From assembly GCA_021780675.1 (NCBI GenBank), contig JAJXYH010000013.1, positions 593-64,592 of the forward strand: a stretch of DNA of 64,000 nucleotides. Direction: 5' to 3'. The notes beneath the pieces were generated by a model, which was given only the letters and a program-made list of their open reading frames with translations, did no database searches and was not told the origin of the DNA. The translations under genes and the position numbers were made by a program. Shown here one piece after another: positions 53,758 to 61,148 of this stretch (its first letter is position 1; every line of letters begins with the position of its first letter). Source of the stretch: a bacterium (GTDB lineage: Bacteria > Patescibacteriota > Microgenomatia > Levybacterales > UBA12049).

Positions 53758-54016
53758 AAGAAGAATTATAACAGAGGAAAAATGTGTTGCGGGGCTAGGA
53801 GTTGCGCCTAGTCTATAAGATTATGAGCCTCATGTGCACTGTACACTACCCCGCACGTGAAACTATTATATAACAAATTTGCTTCAATTTGAAGTTATTG
53901 ATAAAATACATTTATCGTTTCCTACCAAAATCCGAAGGATTTTGAAGAGGAACAACCGATAAAAAGTTGAAATCCGAATTTTACGAGGATGAAAACGCAA
54001 AATCGTGTTGCGACGT

Positions 54017-54090
54017 GCCAGGGTAGCTCAGTTGGTTAGAGCACAAGATTCATATCCTTGCGGTCGTGAGTTCGAATCTCACCCCTGGTA
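54017..54090 (+). tRNA. tRNA with a CAU anticodon (elongator tRNA-Met, or tRNA-Ile2 if C34 is converted to lysidine).
   Basis: Cloverleaf folded by hand. Acceptor GCCAGGG/CCCTGGT (G1-U72). D-arm GCTC-AGTTGGTTA-GAGC. Anticodon loop TTCATAT (U33, CAT, A37). T-arm GTGAG-TTCGAAT-CTCAC. Discriminator A, no encoded CCA. One A31-C39 mismatch. Confidence 0.8.
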
Positions 54091-54114
54091 CTTTTTGACC
54101 TTTAGTTATCCCCG

Positions 54115-54834
54115 TTGTATAATTCCCGCACAATGATGGCAATTGAAACTAATCAAATTTTTCCGGAACAAGAATTAAGGCCAGAACCTAAATTTGATGC
54201 AATCCTTGTTCATGGATATTGGATGAGTGAACCAGTCTCTGGCGATGTAAGATCTGCATTAAGAACCCGTTTGGCTACCAGATCCGCTGCACTGGCTTAC
54301 GACCGAGGAGATGGCGCAAGAAATATTGTTCTACCGTTAGGAAAATTGTGGGGGCAAGACTATGAATCATTAGGAAACTTAATGGCCGATGAACTTGAAT
54401 TTAAATATGGAGTTCCACCAGGCACAATAATAAGAGAAGGGAATGCATTTAGTACGGGTGGTGAAATAAAAACCTTTTTAGAAATTGCGCAAAAAAACGG
54501 CTGGACAAAACTTCTGGATATTGCTTTTTCTGCACATTTTTTAACAATCCCCCATGTATTTGATGCCTACTCTAAAGATGATGGAAAAATAACTGTTCAG
54601 TTTAGGTCTGTTGAGGAGATAATCGAATCTGAAGATTATGAATTAGTATCAGGGCTTGTCAAAAGACTTGGAAAATCTAGATATGGAATTGCCCATAAGG
54701 TTTATGAAAGAGGAAAACAAATAGTCACTAAAATTCATGGGACAGACTACGATTCCTTGGAAGAACGTAATAAAATGGCGCGAACAAAAAAAGGTAAGGA
54801 ATTTCCAATATCATTTGATGTTTACAAAATTTAG
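54115..54834 (+). CDS. DUF218 (YdcF/ElyC/SanA-like) domain protein. Higher GC than its neighbours.
   Basis: FDAILVHG...RL...AALAY.....IVLPLG...... then GVPPGTIIREGNAFSTGGEIKTFLEIAQ...LLDIAFSAHF matches the DUF218 pattern. Probable start at the internal Met-Met. Confidence 0.45.
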   Translation: MYNSRTMMAIETNQIFPEQELRPEPKFDAILVHGYWMSEPVSGDVRSALRTRLATRSAALAYDRGDGARNIVLPLGKLWGQDYESLGNLMADELEFKYGVPPGTIIREGNAFSTGGEIKTFLEIAQKNGWTKLLDIAFSAHFLTIPHVFDAYSKDDGKITVQFRSVEEIIESEDYELVSGLVKRLGKSRYGIAHKVYERGKQIVTKIHGTDYDSLEERNKMARTKKGKEFPISFDVYKI

Positions 54835-55166
54835 TAAAAAAGTTTGAGCCATTTTTGCCAGTTTGGGGTATTTTTCACAGCCGATTTCGAATCTGAATTA
54901 ATCATGTTTGAGGATATAATCACATCTTCTTCTCCGGGTTTTACCAAAAATAACTTATTTCTGGCAGTTTCGTCTACAAAACTCTGGGTTTTAACATAGG
55001 AAAGTTCGGCTTTTAACTTAGTATTATTATTTTTTTGCATCTGTAATTCATTTTTGGCAGAAGACAAAAGGTCTTGTTTTTGCCAAAGATCAATAATTGA
55101 CTGCAAAAGCCCGTTTATGACCAATAAAAGTACTATAACTGTTAGAATATATCCTATTTTTTTCAT
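54831..55166 (-). CDS. FtsB/DivIC-like septum-formation-initiator family protein.
   Basis: 111 aa. N-terminal TM helix, coiled-coil (ELQMQKNNNTKLKAELSYV) and the FLVKPGEE tail characteristic of FtsB/DivIC. Confidence 0.5.
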   Translation of the reverse strand: MKKIGYILTVIVLLLVINGLLQSIIDLWQKQDLLSSAKNELQMQKNNNTKLKAELSYVKTQSFVDETARNKLFLVKPGEEDVIISSNMINSDSKSAVKNTPNWQKWLKLFY

Positions 55167-55289
55167 AACCTATTGTAATGATACCATACCCCAGCCTCTT
55201 TTCATGCTTGACTATTATAAAGTTTAGTGATATTATAGGATACGTTAAACAGCCTTGATAGCAAGGCTTGTTTTGAATTTATAAGTATT

Positions 55290-56150
55290 ATGAAACAAGT
55301 TACCCTAAAAAATGCTCATGAAGAGTTTAAAAACTTTTTAGAGCAAAACAAGAAATCTGCATCAACTGTCGTTGCTTATGGCAAGGATATTGACCAGCTT
55401 ATTGGTTTTTTGGAAGAGGTTAAAAAGAATAATGTTCATGAAGTTTCTACAGAAGACATTCAAGCCTTCTTGGCTAAGCTTGGAAACGAAGGTTATACTC
55501 CAAAATCAGTCTCAAGAAAAATAAACTCAACCAGAACTTTTTATAGGTTTCTAAAGGTCAATGAGTATGTAACCGACGACCCTTCACTTTTAGTTTCCCA
55601 TCCCAAATATCAACTTGCCCCACCCAGAATTTTAACTCCCACAGAATATAGAGCATTAAGGGATGCTGCCAGAAACGATGCAAGAATGTTTGCAGTTATT
55701 GAGCTTTTGCTCCAAACCGGAATTAGGATCGGGGAACTGGCAAACCTTAGACTCTCCGACATAGTAAAAGATTCACTTCATATTGCCCCATTTGAAAAAC
55801 ACGAAGAAAGAAATGTCCCATTAAACAAAAGCGCACAAGCCGCATTAAATAAATATCTAGAAGCAAGACCCAAAGTTACCGATGATCATGTTTTTGTAAC
55901 AAAGAGCGGGAAACCATTTTTAATAAGAAATATTAGAACCGCGGTTGAAAGATATTTTAGGTTAGCAGAAATTAAAGGTGCAAAAGTAAATGATTTAAGA
56001 CATACATTTGTTGCTCATCATTTAAAACACGGAGTGTCCTTAGTTATGCTTTCTAAAGTTTTGGGGCATAAAAGAATTTCTACAACCGAAAGGTATCTTC
56101 AATACGTCCCAGATAGAGGCAAAGAAACCTCAACGCTAACCGAACTATAA
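55290..56150 (+). CDS. Tyrosine site-specific recombinase of the XerC/XerD family.
   Basis: N-terminal SAM-like core-binding domain (STVVAYGKDIDQLIGFL). Catalytic R...HxxR...Y (RHTFVAHHL ... RISTTERY) with Tyr at the C-terminus. Confidence 0.8.
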   Translation: MKQVTLKNAHEEFKNFLEQNKKSASTVVAYGKDIDQLIGFLEEVKKNNVHEVSTEDIQAFLAKLGNEGYTPKSVSRKINSTRTFYRFLKVNEYVTDDPSLLVSHPKYQLAPPRILTPTEYRALRDAARNDARMFAVIELLLQTGIRIGELANLRLSDIVKDSLHIAPFEKHEERNVPLNKSAQAALNKYLEARPKVTDDHVFVTKSGKPFLIRNIRTAVERYFRLAEIKGAKVNDLRHTFVAHHLKHGVSLVMLSKVLGHKRISTTERYLQYVPDRGKETSTLTEL

Positions 56151-56238
56151 ATTTTTAATTAGAAAGAATTCTTCAAAAATATATCTTCCCAGATGGTTTA
56201 TATTTATTGTATTAAATGAAGAAAAGAAAGGTAAATAG

Positions 56239-56310
56239 TGCCCCCGCTTGGATTCGAACCAAGGACATCTACTTTATAAGAGTAGCGCTCTACCGCTGAG
56301 CTACAGGGGC
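56239..56310 (-). tRNA. tRNA-Ile with a UAU anticodon.
   Basis: Reverse complement folds as GCCCCTG-TA-GCTC-AGCGGTA-GAGC-G-CTACT-CTTATAA-AGTAG-ATGTC-CTTGG-TTCGAAT-CCAAG-CGGGGGC-A. All stems perfect, one G-U wobble. Anticodon loop C-U-UAU-A-A. Confidence 0.8.
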
Positions 56311-56354
56311 TTATACTTTGCAATTATATCAATAATCTTAAGATGTTCAAGTTT

Positions 56355-58727
56355 TTAAAGTCTTGCTCTTTGGGCAATTTGGGTTTCTAAATTAACGACG
56401 TCTTTACCGTATTTAAGTCTTGAAAGCTCACGAATAAGCTCTGCAACCCTTTGGTTTTCCATCGCTTTTTCTTTTGCCATATCCTTAGTAGTATCCATCG
56501 AAAACGGAGTTACCGGTTCGTTTTTTACAATTGTTTTAACAAAAGCATTAAAAACATCAACATTAATTAAATCCGCTTCGGTAAAAATAGGTTGGAATTC
56601 ATGCTGCAAATAACTTGCATCTGTTACACCCACCCTAAAAGACATTATTGTTCCAACGTTTCCAAAAATTGCGTTTTTAACCTCTTCATCCATTTGTCCA
56701 ATAAACTGGTTTGCAACAATTAAATTCAATCGATATTTTCTTGCCTCCGATAAAATTTGCGCAAAATCCGGTGTAGCGAAATTTTGGAACTCGTCAACAT
56801 AAAGATAGAAATCTTTTCTTTGCTCTTGTGGAACATCTTGTCTACTCATGGCGGCAACTAAAATTTTAGGTACCATAACAAGTCCTAAAAAGTTAGAATT
56901 TTCTTCTCCGATTTTTCCTTTAGAAAGATTTACCAAAAGAATTTTTTGCTCATCCATTACCTTTCTAAAATCAAAGGCTGATTGTGATTGACCGATAATA
57001 TTTCTCATCATTTTATTAGTAACAAACCTACCAAATTTGGAAACTATATAATCCAAGGTTTCCGACTTATGAAAATCGCTGGTTTGGGCGATCTGATCAG
57101 TCCAGTAACGCCTAACAATGGGGTCTGAAACTTTAGGCAATAACTCTTGTACAAACGAGGCATCGGTTAAAGCTCTTACCACCTCTATAAAAGTACTACC
57201 TTGCTCATACATAACCGTAAGCATTGCATTTCTAATTGCATGCTCAAACCTTGGACCAATAATACCGGTTTTATTAGGATCGTAAAGTTTATACATGAGC
57301 CCTACAATTGATGAAACAATATAATGTTTTTCCTGTTCGGTTTGTGCTTCTAGCATATTAAGTCCCATTGGTCTTTGTGAATCTGATGGATCAAATAAAA
57401 TAACATCTTCCGCTCTTTTAGCAGGAATCATTTTAAGTATGTCTTCTATTAAATCTCCGTGCGGGTCAATTACTCCGATTCCTTTTCCCTCCTGAATATC
57501 CTGGATTATCATTTGCTTAAGAAGTTCAGATTTACCAACGCCGGTTTTTCCAATAATGTACATGTGCCTTCTCCTATCGTCATCCTGAATATAAACTGGC
57601 TTACCAATTCCTCTAAATGTACTCATTCCCAAATAAAGTCCGCTTGATGGAATTTGCGATGGAGCCGGAGCCCTTTTTGCATTAATCCATTCAATATGTG
57701 GAGTTGTTACGCTTTTATTTGGAAAATGGAATATTCCTGCCAACTCCTCGCTATTTAAAACAGATAAATTTCCATTTGAAGGAAAATACCTATAAACAAA
57801 ATCTGAAATAAATCCTCCCTTTAGCCAATGTTTATTTTTACTTAAGGAGTTGCTTCCGTCAAACTGGCTAAAAGAAGTTAAAATATTTTCAAGATGGGCT
57901 GTTGCCGCTTCGCTTGATGAAGAAGAGACTACAATTCTAATGACTGCATAAAACCCAGGTTTTGAAATTTTATTCTCAATCGCTTCCAACTCTTTAGGAT
58001 CCGATGAATACTTTGCAGTTTCCGGGTTTGACTCATTTTTCTTGGTTGTTGCAATAAAACTTCGCCCAGCCTTACTCCATTTACTATCTGCTCCTGATAT
58101 TAAAATTTGAATTGCCGCACCTTCACCTTGACTCATTTTTGCAAGAACAGAAGTAATTGAAGCAAGCGGGTCAACTGCAAAGTCCTTATATAATTTTAAG
58201 GATTTAAAATTAGAATCCTTTAGCTTAAGCGATGCAAAAGCAACTTTACCTTCCTTGCTAAAAATATTATATTCGTTGCCAATGATATACCCTTCTTTTG
58301 ATCCCTTTTCCTCAACAACTCTAATTTCTGCATCCGGGTACGAAGCATTAATTTGTTTTTCAACTAAATCTTTATATTTGTTAGGTGTATAGATATAAAA
58401 TCTTATATCTTCGGGCATTCCAACAATTTCAAATGAGATATGCGGAGGATTTTTTAAAAAAGAGAACATTCCGTGAGCTTTAATTCCGGCAAAACTTGCA
58501 AACATTTGTTCGGCTGCATCTATTTTTATTTCATTATCCCTTGGAAGAGAGATTTGAAGAAGTGTAGAATCTAAAGACTGCTTTTCCCTATCCCTGTTTT
58601 TATACCAAATCATCAAAACGTAAGTAACAGCAAAAATTCCAACAATAATAATCGCCAACAAAACAAGGACTACGAAAACTGCAATTATCACATTAAACAT
58701 GTTTGATAAAGAAAAGGCTTGAATCAT
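56355..58727 (-). CDS. Membrane-anchored P-loop ATPase of the VirD4/TraD/TraG (type IV coupling protein) or HerA-FtsK superfamily. 790 aa.
   Basis: N-terminal TM helix. Roughly 380-aa domain of unknown function. Then Walker A IIGKTGVGKSE, a VIDPHGDL block and a Walker-B-like LYVDEFQNF. Confidence 0.55.
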   Translation of the reverse strand: MIQAFSLSNMFNVIIAVFVVLVLLAIIIVGIFAVTYVLMIWYKNRDREKQSLDSTLLQISLPRDNEIKIDAAEQMFASFAGIKAHGMFSFLKNPPHISFEIVGMPEDIRFYIYTPNKYKDLVEKQINASYPDAEIRVVEEKGSKEGYIIGNEYNIFSKEGKVAFASLKLKDSNFKSLKLYKDFAVDPLASITSVLAKMSQGEGAAIQILISGADSKWSKAGRSFIATTKKNESNPETAKYSSDPKELEAIENKISKPGFYAVIRIVVSSSSSEAATAHLENILTSFSQFDGSNSLSKNKHWLKGGFISDFVYRYFPSNGNLSVLNSEELAGIFHFPNKSVTTPHIEWINAKRAPAPSQIPSSGLYLGMSTFRGIGKPVYIQDDDRRRHMYIIGKTGVGKSELLKQMIIQDIQEGKGIGVIDPHGDLIEDILKMIPAKRAEDVILFDPSDSQRPMGLNMLEAQTEQEKHYIVSSIVGLMYKLYDPNKTGIIGPRFEHAIRNAMLTVMYEQGSTFIEVVRALTDASFVQELLPKVSDPIVRRYWTDQIAQTSDFHKSETLDYIVSKFGRFVTNKMMRNIIGQSQSAFDFRKVMDEQKILLVNLSKGKIGEENSNFLGLVMVPKILVAAMSRQDVPQEQRKDFYLYVDEFQNFATPDFAQILSEARKYRLNLIVANQFIGQMDEEVKNAIFGNVGTIMSFRVGVTDASYLQHEFQPIFTEADLINVDVFNAFVKTIVKNEPVTPFSMDTTKDMAKEKAMENQRVAELIRELSRLKYGKDVVNLETQIAQRARL

Positions 58728-58730
58728 AAA

Positions 58731-59258
58731 TTATGCCTTCCTGCCGAATAATTTTTTATGCATCTCTTTAATAATTTTATTAAGAAGTGTTGCTAAAAAC
58801 GGTTTAGAGTCCTCTGTATATTCTCCCGCAAATTCACCAACATTTTCATGTAGGTTAAATTTTGTTTGTTTAGTTTTTAATGTTTCATTTATTTCATCTT
58901 CGCTCATCGGTAAAACAATTGTACTAGATGGCGAACTTGGAACCGGCGCGTTTTCTTGTGAATGTTTAACCCCAATTTGTTCATGGATCTCATCAAGGTT
59001 TGGCTTGTCCGAGTTTGCAGCAACACCAACATCTTTTAATTCTTGTTCAACTTTAACTTCTTCCTCCGAAGGTTTTATTACCTCCGATAAAGGGACTCCA
59101 CCAACTCTTTCCTTGTTTGCTGAAGGTGTTGGAGAAAATTGTCCTTGTCCTGTAAGAATTTTATCATCCGGTTTTGCTTGCTGCACCTGAGGAGCAGATG
59201 AACTCTGTAAGTTTTGATCTGATGGTTGCGCTTTTTGATTTTGAGCAGTGTTATCCAT
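58731..59258 (-). CDS. Hypothetical Gln/Pro/Ser-rich protein.
   Basis: Low-complexity N-terminal half, conserved-looking C-terminal roughly 60 aa. Sits 3 nt upstream of the ATPase gene. Confidence 0.35.
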   Translation of the reverse strand: MDNTAQNQKAQPSDQNLQSSSAPQVQQAKPDDKILTGQGQFSPTPSANKERVGGVPLSEVIKPSEEEVKVEQELKDVGVAANSDKPNLDEIHEQIGVKHSQENAPVPSSPSSTIVLPMSEDEINETLKTKQTKFNLHENVGEFAGEYTEDSKPFLATLLNKIIKEMHKKLFGRKA

Positions 59259-59311
59259 ACAATTATAATAACATTATTGAGAATAAACGACAATTAAACC
59301 GGTAGGTTAAA

Positions 59312-60466
59312 TTAACATCTGACGTTTTTTCCACAATCCGGATTTTGACAATTTTCTATTAATTGGTTTTCCGGTCGTAAATTTTTCCAACCACAATGCG
59401 GACAATCAAAAGTTCTGTCTCCAAATCTATCTTTTAATTTCCCAAACTCCGAAACACTAAACGGGGCTTTACCTGGCTCCATAAAACTTCCCAAACTAAA
59501 TCCTTCCGAAGTTCCGGGACATGGGCCTTGAGCCTTACGGACATTTTTTGTTCCCATAGCCCAGGAAATATCTTCGGCATAATTTGGGTCAAATGCATAT
59601 CTGTAATACAAGCTGTCCAAAAATTTAGAATCTCCGTTTTTAATTGCATCCAGAACCATATCTGATTGGTTTAGAATTGCATTGTATTTAAGTCTGTGGA
59701 TAAAATGATCGTTTGGTAAACCAACTAAAGAATTTATATAGCTTGTAATAAGAGGTGCGTTTATTTTATTGATTTTATCCATCTCGTCTTTTTCCAAAGC
59801 CTTTATACCGCCGTTTAGATATTTTTGGAGTTCTCCTGAATTATCGAATCCTGTTACTTTTATCGGGTCTTTTAGAAAATCCTCAGCTTTTGGCAAATTT
59901 TCGAAAACTTTAAAAGGTGCTACTCTTTGTCTATATTCATCTGCTGTAAGGTTTGATAAGAAACGTCTGTGTTCTACATATCTTCCTTTTTCATCCTCCT
60001 GAACCGAAAATGTATCAAAAAAATTGTTTGTATAATCCGACCCTGCAATACCCGGAAGCGACACCACCAAGAAAGTAGTTCCGGGAGGGATGTCTTCGTT
60101 AACCAGTTCAGGCTGCATTAGCTTAACTCCGGCAAGTTCTGCATCTTCCCTTTCAAAATCAATAGGATTCCCGTGCTCTCTTCTAAAATTAATTCCATTT
60201 ATCATCATGTCCTCAAGCGATTGTCCCATTGAGGCGGAAAAAATTTTACCCTCAACAATGTCATAACGCGTAACAGATTCTGCAACCTGCACCCTTTCAC
60301 CCATATACGTCTCAAGTTGTCTTTGAGTATATTCTTTTAACCTTTGTTGCTCTTTAAGAGATAGTTCGGAAAAATTTTCATAATCCCTCTCATCAAACGA
60401 AGGATTATATGCAAGTTTTGCCTCTTCCTGTCTATTTGGTATGTAATTTAGTCCTTCTCTTTCCAT
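59312..60466 (-). CDS. Hypothetical 384-aa cytoplasmic protein with a C-terminal Cys4 zinc ribbon.
   Basis: C-terminal CPHCGW...CQNPDCGK. No other recognisable domain. SD GAGGAG 7 nt upstream of the ATG. Confidence 0.4.
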   Translation of the reverse strand: MEREGLNYIPNRQEEAKLAYNPSFDERDYENFSELSLKEQQRLKEYTQRQLETYMGERVQVAESVTRYDIVEGKIFSASMGQSLEDMMINGINFRREHGNPIDFEREDAELAGVKLMQPELVNEDIPPGTTFLVVSLPGIAGSDYTNNFFDTFSVQEDEKGRYVEHRRFLSNLTADEYRQRVAPFKVFENLPKAEDFLKDPIKVTGFDNSGELQKYLNGGIKALEKDEMDKINKINAPLITSYINSLVGLPNDHFIHRLKYNAILNQSDMVLDAIKNGDSKFLDSLYYRYAFDPNYAEDISWAMGTKNVRKAQGPCPGTSEGFSLGSFMEPGKAPFSVSEFGKLKDRFGDRTFDCPHCGWKNLRPENQLIENCQNPDCGKNVRC

Positions 60467-60495
60467 AAAAAAACTCCTCTTTTCTTTTCGAGGAG
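60467..60495 (-). terminator. Intrinsic terminator of the nrdR-nrdJ-pduO operon. Its 3' arm doubles as the SD of the downstream gene.
   Basis: Minus-strand RNA: CUCCUC-GAAAAGAAAA-GAGGAG-UUUUUUU-AUG. Confidence 0.45.
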
Positions 60496-60593
60496 TCTTA
60501 TAAAAAGCACTTTTTGCTCGAAAAGATTTTAAGGGGATCTGGCTTTACAGTTGCGGCACAGCGTCGGAATTACACCGACTTTCACCCTAAGAA

Positions 60594-61139
60594 TCATCTG
60601 GATAACCAAATAATTTCTTTTTTGTTTTGTTTCTTATTTATAAATCTAGCATACATAAAAAGCAAGTCCGAAAGCCTATTCATGTAAATTAAAATTTCAT
60701 TGCCAACCTTTTCTTTTTCGGAAAGTTCAACAACCCTTCTCTCCGCACGGCGTACTAATGTTCGCGCAAAATGTAAACTTGCCCCTACTTCCGAACCTCC
60801 CGGAAAAATAAAATTTCTTAAAACCGGCAATTTTTTTGTTAATCCGTCTATTTCTTTTTCAAATAATTTAACTTGTTCTATCAGATGTTTTTCCAACGCC
60901 TGATTATTTAATTTGCTTGGGTTTGCTAAATAAGCGCCGATTTGAAATAAATCGTTTTGAATAACTTCTAAATTTTTTTTAATATTTTTGTTTTTATTCT
61001 TGGAAAGTATGACACCAAGATAACTATTTAGCTCATCAAGCGATCCATAGGTATTAACACGAAGCGAAGCCTTAGAAACTACCTTTCCTGCAAAAAGAGA
61101 AGTCTTGCCTTTATCACCAAATTTAGTATAAATGGACAT
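60594..61139 (-). CDS. PduO-type ATP:cob(I)alamin adenosyltransferase.
   Basis: N-terminal IYTKFGDKGKTSL matches the PduO/MMAB signature IYTKTGDKGTTSL. 181 aa. Confidence 0.8.
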   Translation of the reverse strand: MSIYTKFGDKGKTSLFAGKVVSKASLRVNTYGSLDELNSYLGVILSKNKNKNIKKNLEVIQNDLFQIGAYLANPSKLNNQALEKHLIEQVKLFEKEIDGLTKKLPVLRNFIFPGGSEVGASLHFARTLVRRAERRVVELSEKEKVGNEILIYMNRLSDLLFMYARFINKKQNKKEIIWLSR

Positions 61140-61148
61140 AAAATTTAC

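Noticed and set aside
54017-54090. A31-C39 mismatch in the anticodon stem of tRNA(CAU), as a possible sign of a pseudogene.
   Set aside because: All other stems, the U33/A37 loop geometry, the T-loop TTCGAAT and the D-arm (identical to bacterial elongator tRNA-Met) are intact. A single A-C apposition at 31-39 is tolerated in functional tRNAs.
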